From contig JAQGDQ010000480.1 of assembly GCA_030141605.1 (NCBI GenBank), positions 62,001 to 126,000 on the forward strand: a DNA stretch of 64,000 nt, in the 5' to 3' direction. Positions 1 through 11,636 of this stretch are shown here, piece by piece. The number at the start of each line of letters is the position of its first letter. The first letter of the stretch is position 1. The notes beneath the pieces were generated by a model that was not told the origin of the DNA, ran no database searches, and saw only the letters and a program-made list of their open reading frames with translations. This stretch comes from Tubiluchus corallicola (taxonomy: Eukaryota > Animalia > Priapulida). The translations under genes and the position numbers were made by a program.

Positions 1-713
1 AAACACACCAGCATTATTATTTGTTTACTCGTTTACCACTCGCCGCTTATTACTTTCACTTACTGATTCGCCATTGGTTGATGTGTTGGTTCGTTTGCTC
101 CCTTTTATTTCTGCTTCTTTCTTCATTCATTTCTCGTTCGTTTACTTGTTTTTCGCTCATCCGTTGTTTGTTCCGTTTATTTTTTCCGTTTGCTGTACGC
201 GCATGCGTCGGTTATCCATTTATTCATCAATTTATTTTCATTTGTTTGTTTTTCACGTTGCTTGCATGCGTAATGTTTATGAAGCCATTCGGTGCTATTA
301 TGCTGGCTTCGTCATTGTACATTTATAATAATTAATATTATAAACTGATTAAACTGTCTACGAATTCAACAGTAGTAGTTTTATAGACTATACAAGCCGA
401 GAGCCAGACATGCAGAACTCAATGGCACAACCTATAATAATGTAGATTGTCGTGGCGGGACCAATACCAATCTCTTTATTAAGGGTGATTCTTTAAGATG
501 AATACAACAATTGGCAGAAGTGACTTGGCCTCACTCGAATGCACAATTCTCTCCTAATGAGGTAAACGGCTGGGGCGCAGTATGGCAGATGAAACCATGT
601 GGATGCCCATCAACTTACTATCCAAATTCTGCGATGTTTTACTTCTATCCTTGCACGCACATAATTTTATAAAAAAAGTCAGTATTCATCATGTAAACTC
701 GCTATAACAAAAG

Positions 714-1043
714 TTAAAGGAAAACCGGACCCAATCTTAAACTGCGGTCAAAACAATCTACTCTTTAAAACATTAAAAGCGAAAAATACCATTTTTTCCA
801 AAAATGACTTACGTGAAGGAATTATTAACACACAAACGCAATTTTGCGTTCGCTGTTACATGTTACACTCTTAGTTCTGGCTGTTACATGCATTTTGCTA
901 TTCGCTAATTCGCGGTACTAGCTCCTGCATTTCGGAAACGCGTTGCACAAAAAACAAGTCCCTCTCAGTTCAGAGATGTTCATTTGTGACGAACTACACA
1001 TGTTCGACAGCTCATGCGTGTGCACAGCAGTAAATTTGAAATT
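714..1043 (+). mobile_element. Partial copy of a TTAA-ended non-autonomous DNA transposon (family A), inside the GPCR intron
   Basis: Starts TTAA-AGGAAAACCGGACCCAAT; aligns by eye over about 320 bp to the reverse complement of 25765-26086. Confidence 0.7.
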
Positions 1044-1127
1044 TAAATTTTTATGCTAAAACTTGCCTCGTTTTGGTACAACTCTCTTAATCAAACTAAT
1101 AATTAGCTTTACCATGGTGTATTGCAG

Positions 1128-1764
1128 TTTGACTCATGGTATAAGACAATCTACTATGTTGCGCACTATCTAGCCTATGCCAACTCTGCCATTAATCCAA
1201 TCATCTTTGCTGCTTTTAACGAAAACTTCAGAAAGGGATTTCGGTAAGTTCTTTACGCATACCTTTACACGAAAATCTTATCTTAATTAGTTTGTAAACA
1301 CAAAGATTAATTACCAATTATATAATGGTTAATGATAGTTTATGTTACCAACTTGTTACCAAAAGTGAGACCAAGTAGATGTAAAAATAGTTTTATATGG
1401 TTAGCTGCTGTTCTATTCAACAGTAAACATTTTAATAACTGTTGAATAGCGTACCTGGTGTAAAATACATTGATTAATTAAATAAATGGATGATGTTATG
1501 AATAATGCATAATGTGTATTTTTTATGTGTACGCCAATCTGGAGTTTTATTGTAAATGTGATTCTGTAATTGTATACATGTATATATATATGTAAATGTA
1601 TATATATTGGGATATTGTATTGTATTGTAATATGGGATATTAAATTATTGTAACAGTGAAGCGCCTTTGTATGCTTTAAATTGAAATAATTGAACCTTTA
1701 TGTGGCAGCCATGGCAAACACTGGAGAATGATAGAGAGGGGGAGAGAAAAGAGAAAGGATAGAG

Positions 1765-1820
<56 letters not shown>

Positions 1821-2468
1821 ATTGCAAAATTTTATTTTCCTGCTTCGCCCTTCTCCTTGTCTATCTGTTTATTGTTTTCTCTCTATTTTTCACTATTGCT
1901 GATCATGTTAACAATTCTTTGCTTTTTCACTGCCACCCTCTCTCTCTCTGCCTTTCTGTTTTCCTCCTGTTTATTTTCGTAAATTTCTCACTTGTTACTG
2001 ACACAACCCATATTCTAATTCTGGAACAACTGTTTTACAAGTGTTTGCATTTCTTTTTTCAGAAAAACATTCCACATTCCAACCAATGCTGTTGCACCCT
2101 CTGGACCACCGATTCCTAATCTTACTTTAAGTCCACATTGCGAGTCAAAAAAACGCCAGACAATGCGAATAAACCAAGTCAACCAACAAGACCTAAACAG
2201 TGACCAGTGTAGGAAAGGAAATGGCGACTCACAAGAAAGAAATGGCGTGACGAAGTCGCCACTTTCAGATGGGAAGCACAGTGGCGTTAACTCTTGTAAT
2301 GGCGTCAACAACTTGCATGTGCCAAGCTCCGTCACAGATTCCCCGCGTAAAAGTGCAATTGATGTCCACAACGCGTCGCTGGTATCGAATCCAGATTCGG
2401 GGGTTCAGTCATGCGTAGAAGGCTATTCTCGATATCTGTATGAAAATCTGGGTTTCAAAGCCTCGTAG
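1128..2468 (+). CDS. Class A peptide GPCR (NPFF/SIFamide-receptor-like), last two coding exons; 5' part lies outside the window
   Basis: Exon 1128-1243 (an in-frame alternative acceptor would start it at 1107) reads [38 protein letters not shown], i.e. TM7 plus helix 8, close to the NPFF-receptor pattern AHWLAF.NS..NPIIYG.FNENFRRGF. Phase-2 GTAAGT donor at 1244 joins TTTCAG acceptor 2062 in frame with ORF 2163-2468 (Ser-rich tail, TAG stop). Confidence 0.85.
1767..1817. repeat. (GA)n microsatellite
   Basis: Pure GA run in the GPCR intron. Confidence 0.95.
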
Positions 2469-2983
2469 CTTAGACAAATTTCTACACATATACTTGGTTT
2501 CCATAAATAAATCTGCAGCTTAAATACCATGTAAGCTAATAACTCATTTTTTAAAATGCTAAGAATAGTGAAACGTCTGAACATGTTAATTAGTTTGTTA
2601 GTTTGCTAATGATAAACTTTCCTCATCTGAAGAACAGTTTCCATATAATTACAAATTTCAAGCTGAAAAGCTAGTCAATATTAATTATTCTGGTTACACA
2701 TTATGTGCGTTTATATAAGTGTTTTGCCTTATAAGTAAATGTTTTAAAAACCTTTCTGGTGCCAAAAAGTTTTGTTAGAATTTAACATATTTCGCAACAT
2801 AGAAAGCGTGGCTGTTGTCGGTGGAAGTGACTTATATGTGCCATAGTAAAAATAATCTGTGAAATGTATAATTAATAACGTTGTAAAGTATTATCCAAAT
2901 ATCAGCTATTTCAGTAATAAAGTTAGTTTTTAATCGTCAAGAGCAAATGTATTTTAGTACAAGTTGTTGCCACTAGGTGGCTG

Positions 2984-5900
2984 TTAGCCTCTAGTAACAA
3001 TCAATTCCGACAATTTCACTTTATTGTCTGACGCGGTTTCAAGGTCGTCACAGAAGCGGCAAGAGTTGGGACATATTCGACGCATGTGAACTTGTTCAGT
3101 CTCACAATAACCTTCTTTTGCCAATTGTGGGCACAGTGCGTTTTTGTCTGCACATTCTGAAAATAACAGAACTGTGGGTGATTTCATTCACGTATGATAT
3201 AAAAATGCAAATATAAATCGAACCCTAATCAAAGCAAACGCTAGTCAAAAAGTGACAGTGGTAACAATCTGGTCTTAATATCACTTATCAATAGGCAGGT
3301 TGTCTTCGAGTGGTATAAAAGTTTTATACCTCGGCTCCGGTCTAATTCAAGGTAGCAGGACCACAAACGTGGCATATGCCTACCTGCCCAGGAAGAGGCA
3401 GGCTATAAAGTTTTTGTTCAATACTGTTCAACACCAGTCACACTTCAGTTAAACGCTGTTTACACAATCGGTACTGAAGCTAAGCCGCTTCAGTAAACAA
3501 TGGTGCATGTTAACCAATGGCGCCTGCCTCAACCAGTCGCGTCGAGCACACTTAGCCGAATTAAATAAGAATTAAGTAATCAAGAATGTTTTGAACTGTT
3601 ATACCGTGGCTGTCTAGAAAAATCGCGCAACAAATGTCTTGTATCACTTTCATTCTGCAAAATTCTATCTTGCATTTTAGTTTAGAAGCCCTGAAATTCT
3701 CCCAATATTACTCTATTAGTTGTTTATAATTGAACAATGGTGACCGTATCCAATGCAGAATAATAACTATATTCCGTATAGACTTGTCATAGACTTGTGT
3801 TTTATTATATTACCAAATGAATTTGGTACAATTTATATACAGCAGCAAGTAACCTAGCTAATGTACTAGTACTCACTTTTTTCTTGTTTGCAATGCTTAC
3901 AACTGAGAGGGCAATTCTGCTTCATGTAACCAGGGTTAGCTTTACATTCACCAACATTGGCCCAATGTTCGCATTCCCAGGCGATATCCTTACAAGGAGC
4001 TGAAAATAAATGGAAATCCAGATTTATGAGACCCCACACTTGCTTTTTGGATATAATAGTCGACCAGGCTCAACATTGCTCATTTTCCGTAAGGTGTTGC
4101 TGAGCATATACCGTAACCATTCAGTTGTGGTTCTTGCTCAAAACATTTTTCCGGGTTCATGTAACTCTTAAAGGACAAGAAAAGGGCACCTGAAGTAGAT
4201 TTCAGAAAAAACGCCTTAAAAAATTACAACAATTTTATGCATATATCGTACTCGCGTTAAAAGGTGTTTGTTTTTGTTTTAAATCCGACAGCGCCATTAC
4301 ATGAGGTCACTTACAAACGTAAATCAGGGGAAGAAAAGGCAATATTAAATTATGATCCAAAAAACTTTCCATGCAAATCTATATTATTTAGATTTCGCTT
4401 ACCTGCTGGAAAAACTTACGCAACGAGAAGTAAAAATTAAAAATGTTCATGCCAATTGATAAAATATCGCTGGCTCACCCTCCAGGATGCACCACTACTA
4501 AACAAAAACGCATTTTTAATTTTATTGACAAAACACAGTAATTTAAAATTTTAACTAGATAGTAACATATGTGTTACGAATGCTCTGATTATTTCTTCAG
4601 TCTTCATGCAATGTTATCTAAACTTGTATTAAACGATCTACCATTAAAATGGCTGCGCCTAACAGTCATCTCGGGAGTTTAAAAGAACAGGTTTTATACA
4701 GCGTTACCGCTCTTTATGTAAGTGGAGGGTTTACTTGTGCTTCAAGTGTACAAGACATTCTGGAGATGTGTGGATTTGTGATCAGGATCAGAATTTGTAT
4801 GAAACTTCATTGAACCATTTCAAAACTTTTTTTAAATTGCATTCGTGTAGCCCACTGTTGACAACCCAATGACAATGTTGCTGTTCTCATTTTGTCAGTG
4901 TTATTGCTGTTTGCCTCAATGTGTCAAAGCATGTTTGCTTGAAAAAAATATATTTTAAAATCACACCACTTCGCAAATTATTTGTTTTGTCTGACAATTA
5001 TTAAAGTCATGAGTACTAAAGTCATGTACACACTTAGTAAATGAGTATATATTTGACCAAAATGTATACTCATTATAGACCACACAACTAAAGATCTTTA
5101 AGAAATGTTTATTTAAAATTACTGTGTTGATTTGTTGTAAAAAAGTATGTTTTACTTCTTTAGAATTATTTTAATGTAAGAATTTTATTTTTGAACGTGG
5201 TTTATAGATATTCGTAATTTTCACTGTTTGACTAAGCAGATAGTTATGCACAATGTTATTACAATCCAGTAATAATTTTACTTTTCTGGATACAATAATA
5301 CGATGTGTGAAGGCAAAGCTCTTCAGTGCAAGGCTTCCGCGGTCTGGCCTCCGTTAGAGTGCTACCTATATATCTACTGCCTCCGTACACTTCAAGCGTC
5401 ATCTACTGTGAAATTTAGTTAAATTTGTAACTTACATCTCACAATTTCTTGATGGGTACACACCCTGCAGCTTTTTCTGCATTGGTACAGCATAAAGTTA
5501 GGATTATTTTCACACTCTCCGTCTTTGGACCATTTGGCACATTCTTTCTTGAAGTCTTCACATTCTTCAAAAGTAAAATTGCCGTTATCAGAAGAGATAC
5601 AGTAGGTTTACTAAGTTATTAGTCACGAAAAAAGAGATACAATGGACGAACACTGATGCTTGCAGGGGGAAAATACAAAATTGGAAATAATAAAAATAAG
5701 ATATGAAGGAAAAGAAAACCACTTTAACAATTGACCCAGATGAAGTCCCAGTGTTTTTGGATTTATATCCCGATGTTAACTCCAACTGCCGTTTATGGAC
5801 TTGTGTCTTTTATTTGACAGCTTGAAATGAACTTCGATTACAAAATAGGGTCGAAATACAGTTCTCATTACACAATGTTTCAGATGACATGTTTCTGTTT

Positions 5901-6023
5901 CTGTTTCTGTTGTTTTTGTTGTTGTTGTTGCTGCTGCTGTTGCTGCTGCTGCTGTAGCTGTTGCTATTGTTTTTAGTGTTGTTGTAGCTGCTATTTTTCT
6001 TGTTGCAGCTGTTGCTTACTGCA

Positions 6024-6111
<88 letters not shown>

Positions 6112-8874
6112 TAACGTGGTGGTGATGGTGGTAGTAGTTGCAGCGGCATTAGTGTTCGTAATTCTCATCATCCCCATTTCATAATCGTATCAGAAAAAAA
6201 CAGCATACCGGCTTTCGGACCACAAACTTTGCAGCTTAAAGGGCAGTAGAAGACAAACTTTTCCTCGCTAAAACATTTTCCTTCTTCTGCGCCTTGTTGA
6301 CACTTTTGTCGCAGATTGTAACAGTCTGCAAAAATCATTTCGAACAAGCAGAAATCAAATTATACGTTTTTAATTACGACAGCTTTGGGTCACAAGGGGC
6401 GCCTAACGTCATTGGGGGCACACTTGTTCATTCGGCAGTGATTACACGCAGCTACTTAGCAGAAAAAAACACAAAATCCGAGAGCACAAAAATGTATGAA
6501 ATAGAAATTCTTGCTATTAACGCTCATGTCTCCATTTAACATGAGTACACGCATTGTATCGGAGATTAAAAAAGTATTTGCAGAAAACTTGAAAATGGCT
6601 AATGCTAAATATTAATCATCATTAACTTCCCAAGACAAACCAACTTGATAGGGCAGTTTTCATGCCTTTTCTAGCTATTTATAGAAGGTTTTTGTTTCTT
6701 GCCGAGGTTGACGAAAACTATTCGAGTTTGATTAGACAAAGCGACTAATATGTATTTATAACGTGGTACGCCTTTGAATGTACAAAATGTCTATAATTAG
6801 CTGGAAAAACTGTTACAACAGACTCGTAATAGCCACACTACAGTTTTAGATTTGCTGTTGTTTTTCTTTAGTCAATCAATTTACTGATCCATTCAATTTA
6901 AGCCGGTTAAACTTTTAAATTCCGTATAATGTAACATCAACGTGAAGCATTTATGCAGCACCTTTCACAACTAAATCTCACAAACTCTTTACAATTGGCA
7001 CTGTTTGCAAGATCAAATTATTCAGAAATAAATTTTTATAAAACTTCATTTTAAACAAATCAGTGTAAGCTACTTCTATACCTGGAAAATCTTCGCAGAT
7101 TAGACAGCTTCTTTTGCAATGCTTTTTCATGTACTTTGGGTTTCGTTCACATTCTCCCTCTGCTGCCCACTGTCTACACTCCAGTTTTTTATCATTGCAT
7201 TCTGAAATATTATTATTGCAGCTTAACTTTTGCCTTGTTACTTCACAGAGAAGGATCATTTTTTGACAGGAGGCGGGAGACTTTTTAAAATAGGCTATGT
7301 TTTTTGTAACTGAACTGGGGAAAAATGCATTCAATACATATCCATCTTGTTGATAATTTATAAAAGTAAAAATTAGTTTAATTATTGTCATGTGATATGC
7401 TGCCACTGCGGCAGACCAATCTGCCATTGAAACAGAAAGTTCACATTTGTCTTTACCTTTCCCTCTTTTTTGTTGCCTCTCTCTCTCTCTCTTCCTTTCT
7501 CTCCGCTTCTTTTGTCCTTTTTTGTGCTGCCATCGTCTGTTCCCTTCCCTTTCCCCTCTCTTTTCCCCCTCTTTTATTTTTCCGACCTCTCTCTCCATTC
7601 ATTTCCTCATTTTACACTTACTTGTGTTGTTGTCCTTTCATAAATTATAATTAGGCTTACAGTCCCGGACGTGGAATGTCACAAACTGTGCCCTGACATA
7701 ATGTTACAGCTTCGGGGCCTACCTCGACAAGCATGTAGAGCTGTAGAACAACAAGTCAGGGGCTCACTGAACTCGAAATTGTTGGTCTGCCAATAGATGC
7801 GAAATTTGTTCTCGTATATTCGTTTGCAGGATTAGGCTTGCGTTCCGGTTTTTAGGGTTTTTTTAAAAGAACGGAGTCTTGATATTTTTGAGAATTGTTA
7901 TTGCCGCCATCTTGAATTCAAATTGACAGATAGAAAATCGGACTCTACCAGTCGATGCAGAATTCACTATAAAGTTTTTTAACTATCCGTTGAAACTGAT
8001 GTTTCGTCGCTATCTTGAATTTAAAATAGCGTGTCGAAAATTTGATTTTTTTGGAAATGATATTATTGCCGCAGTTTTTGAATTCAAAATAGCGGATCGG
8101 AAATCCGACTCCACAAATCGATGCAGAACTCATCGATTCTTATACATTCCTATAAAGTTTCATGGCGATCAGTTGCAAATTGTGCCTTTGGCAGTTTTCA
8201 AAACAAATAATTCATATTATCGCTGCTATTTTTAATTCAAGACGCAGATCAAAAATCGACTCTCTCAGTCGATGTGAATTTCATTCTAGTGCATTCATTT
8301 ACGTGAAGTTTCGTCTACAATGAATCGGAGCCTTGGACTTTTTTCCACAAGATCATCTTCCAAGAAAACTAGCAAAAACATTCAGACGATTCGTTCGCGT
8401 TTGAGTCTAGGCGTCGGCCAAAATTTATAAGGATCGAATTGTCTTGCCATTCGTTATAAATGAGTTTTGTTTGCACGTAAATGATACTAACCTCCCTTGT
8501 CAATTGTACTTCCGTCTTATGTATACTATATGAACAAGCCAGGATTTCGTAAGTTTATAATATATAGCGAAACAGTATCTTATATGTAACGTAGATACAT
8601 GTCAAGTTATTATTAAGCGATTTGCAGCTATACTAAAAACTCAGCGATTTTTTTCTCCTTCTTTGACCCTTAAAAGCGTTGTTTTTATTAGAATGTGAAG
8701 CAAAAACTATACTTACTACTTGATATAATAAAAACAACATATATAACTGGTTATGAAAGACTTACCAATTGATAGTGTGACTTTTCCACGATCTCCCTTT
8801 GCTCTTCCAGCACTGACGTTTGTTGCTGCAATGATGGCTACTAACGTGAGCCAAAAAACGAAAGCTAAAGTCAT
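2984..8874 (-). CDS. Secreted protein with five ShKT (ShK toxin-like) domains, about 256 aa, 6 coding exons
   Basis: Exons 8766-8874 (signal peptide MTLAFVFWLTLVAIIAATNVSA), 7082-7201 (CNDKKLECRQWAAEGECERNPKYMKKHCKRSCLIC), 6209-6325 (CYNLRQKCQQGAEEGKCFSEEKFVFYCPLSCKVC), 5436-5564 (CEDFKKECAKWSKDGECENNPNFMLYQCRKSCRVC), 3877-3999 (CKDIAWECEHWANVGECKANPGYMKQNCPLSCKHC), 2984-3156 (CADKNALCPQLAKEGYCETEQVHMRRICPNSCRFC..stop). All introns GT-AG and phase 1; total 771 nt in frame. Confidence 0.92.
4326..4723 (+). mobile_element. Interspersed repeat family B (MITE-like), copy 1
   Basis: Shares the GGGAAGAAAAGG terminus, AACTTTCCAT and AATGTTATCTAAACTTG..AAAATGGCTGCGCCTAA blocks with inverted copies at 14339-14746, about 58440-58903 and a fragment at about 53730-53797. 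Confidence 0.65.
5905..6108. repeat. (GTT/GCT)n trinucleotide tract, pure (GCT)n at about 6025-6108
   Basis: Directly visible; intronic in the ShKT gene. Confidence 0.9.
7860..8420. repeat. Degenerate repeat with reiterated GCCGCCATCTTGAATTCAAA..AAATC(C)GACTC..TCGATG subunits (TE-derived)
   Basis: At least three diverged subunits near 7903, 8068 and 8221. Confidence 0.55.
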
Positions 8875-9547
8875 TTCTGTAGATCTGCGCGTTTTTTTTA
8901 TTATTATATTTGTTGTGTAGTTATGCTGTGCCCTACGGAAAATGTCGTACACTATGATTGCAATTTCAATGAATTTTTCTTCAAAAAACGTTTTTACTTT
9001 TTAATTTCACTTGTGTGCAGCTATGTAGCTCTACTTCATAAGGTACTTCTAAATTTTCACTCGTCTAAGGGGCCAATGACATCACCGATGATAAATGAGT
9101 TGTTGGCTCACGGCGAGCAGTTTAACCTAGCGAGGTAACTTAGAACAACTGCGTATGGTTAAGTGAACAAATTTACAGTAATGCAATTAACGAAAACTCC
9201 AGTTTTCTTTAAAATTTACAAAACTTTCACGGAGCCCCTACATTTTCTGTTTAATTTAAAAACAAATCAGTTTAACAATTTCAACTCTGGCACTTAAATA
9301 ATTTACTTGACTCATCGTCATTGATTGATTGCAGTTAGCTAGCATACAGTGGCTGGGTCAAGTTAATTTTCTGTTAATGTAGGAAAAATCATATGCTTTA
9401 CTGATAATCCACAGTTCAAATAATGTGCACCTTAGTACAAAATCAAAAGGGAATTTTGCATTTGTTAAAAGCCACTGTGGCCTAGCTAATTTTCTATTAA
9501 TATAGATAAAATGATATGCTTTTGTTGGATGGGCGGTTTGGTCCTTA

Positions 9548-9625
9548 GTTGTGGTGGCTGAGTGATCTAGGTGTTGGACTGCAACCACGCAGTTTTGAGT
9601 TCGAGTCTAGTGGCTGCAAACGCTA
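9548..9625 (+). mobile_element. tRNA-derived SINE head (degenerate)
   Basis: A-box-like TGGCTGAGTG and B-box GTTCGAGTC at tRNA-like spacing, no intact cloverleaf. A similar decayed head lies at about 40203-40270. Confidence 0.5.
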
Positions 9626-10077
9626 AGATATATACCTACATGTTACTCATTATTTGTGTGTTGCGACATTATCTGTATTGTCGCTAAATAACCGTTAGTG
9701 TAAATGTTGTTGTTTAATAAAATAAGTGACGGTAAAAAATGTTGTTTTTGTCTTTACGCTTTACAGTTAATCCACAGTATGAGTCATTCGCATCCGCAAA
9801 TCAAAGGGAAGCTTGTATTCGTTAAAATAAGAAATACGCGTTACAATCACAAATGAATCAATCAGCTCCCGATTAATTATTTATAATCTGAATGTCAAGA
9901 TTATCATTAATGATGGTAGAAAACAACGATTATTTGTTAACAATGAAATTGTTAACAGCTATAAGGCATGAGCTGTCATAATCACTAAACAGATGGCCTA
10001 GTTGCTGTGGCGTCGGCTTGTAAGCAGGAGGACAATGGTTTAATGGATGAAGATGACGACAACTACGATGACAGATA

Positions 10078-10085
10078 CGATGATA

Positions 10086-10132
<47 letters not shown>
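10078..10132. repeat. (GAT)n microsatellite
   Basis: Directly visible; explains the poly-Asp ORF 10007-10216. Confidence 0.9.
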
Positions 10133-10133
<1 letters not shown>

Positions 10134-10463
10134 TTGTTGTTTTAATTTTTAATTTGTCTCTTTATTTTTACATCAAATATTTTCGGGACATTATTAGACT
10201 ACTAAGTAACCGATAATCACATCGTTATAGGCGTGATACCACATTTTCTGGTATACATACACTATTTTTTGGTTAAAGGTTTGGTGCATATCAGTATTTT
10301 ATACTGTTCATACTGATATCATCTGTCCTCATACATTTCTTTCAAATGAAAAACTTCGAGTTAAATTTTATTTAGGAGTTATTTTTCAATTTAATTTGGG
10401 GTGGATCTCTTAATTTTCCACATACGACAGAAATAATACAGAAATAATCAACCTATGCAGACA

Positions 10464-11636
10464 TTAATTTGTGTGTGTAGCACTTTCCTCACTGGATACT
10501 TCTGATGTCTTGGAAGGCGAAGAATTATCCTTGGTCCTCCAAGCTATGCCTTTTACTAGTTGTTCTCTCAACTCGCTAATAAATCCCTGATGAACTTTAG
10601 GATTTGCAACAGGAAGAACGCGAAACTTCTTATGTCGAATAACACAGTATATAGAAACCACTACACTGATGAAAAGTAGTGTACCAATAGTCACTAGTAC
10701 AGTAATCAGTACCCAGTCTGGCAACACACTTTTATCTGCAATAACAAATATCAGTGCAATAAGGGAAACTCTGATAAATTTTAAATGTGGAATTAAATGT
10801 TATTAATTATACTAAGTAGGATAGAAACAATTGATTATTTATAATCTCAATTCAAGTCTTTAGATTTGCAATCTGAAATCAAATCCTAATTTAATTGTAG
10901 TTTTAGTACCACCTTCTTTGTACTTAGATTTTTCCGCTCAATCTTGCGTCTAAACAACAATATTAGTGGGTTTGCCTTAAATGCTATAAACTTAATTTGT
11001 ATGAAAAAGATCGTAAAGTAAAGCGACAGAGTTCGTACTTTTCGATGAGTCACAGTCGATTTAATTTGAGATCGCTGTGAATATAGCACGTTTACTAAAA
11101 GGCAGCAGAACTTCACAAGATTGACTTGTCAAATTTTTCAATTCAGAAAATTCTTTTAAAAAATTCTAGTTCTGCTGCCAACCTCACGATGCTTCCTGCT
11201 AACCAGTGTGTTGATAGCTGAAAGTGATCATATTATAAACCTTAATGATTATAAATGATTAAGCTAACTAGGAAAGAACAAATCTCTGTGAAAAGAAAAG
11301 AGTACCTGTAGTGCGATGCACTTGAGGGGGATTAGTAGACGTTTCTGGCAAAGAAACGTCATACTCTCTCAACAAAGCACCACCACCATTGTCCATATTT
11401 CTTGGGACATCATCTAGCTGTCCAAATAAACAAGTCCAGAGTTCTATGAAGGTTGCATTGCCAGAACAACTCATGGCGTCTTGATGACATGAAGTGTTTT
11501 GTATGCATTTAACAAGAGTGGAACAGTTGATTGATGTTGAAGACGTCATGAAAGAGGGAAGTGGTGGAAGCCCAAATTCCAGCAGGTTTGGTGGCATTCG
11601 TAAAGAGGACTCCAGTGTTCCAGCTGTGTCATCCAT
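10464..11636 (-). CDS. Unrecognised single-pass membrane protein, about 200 aa, 2 coding exons
   Basis: Exon 11306-11636 (ATG preceded by in-frame TAA; Cys-containing segment with sequons NCS, NTS, NAT) splices in phase 1 (G|GTAC..TGCAG|AT) to 10464-10735, which encodes WVLITVLVTIGTLLFISVVVSIYCVI followed by the basic stop-transfer RHKKFR. Acceptor at 11708 implies upstream exons. Confidence 0.6.

Noticed and set aside
21-335. Phe/Leu-rich ORFs here and at 1645-2119, 7385-7654, 18734-18922, 36211-36489
   Set aside because: Translations of low-complexity or microsatellite DNA.
7661-7740. Possible extra exon in ShKT gene intron 1
   Set aside because: Phase-1 reading hits TGA; the open frame is phase-incompatible and lacks the ShKT Cys pattern.
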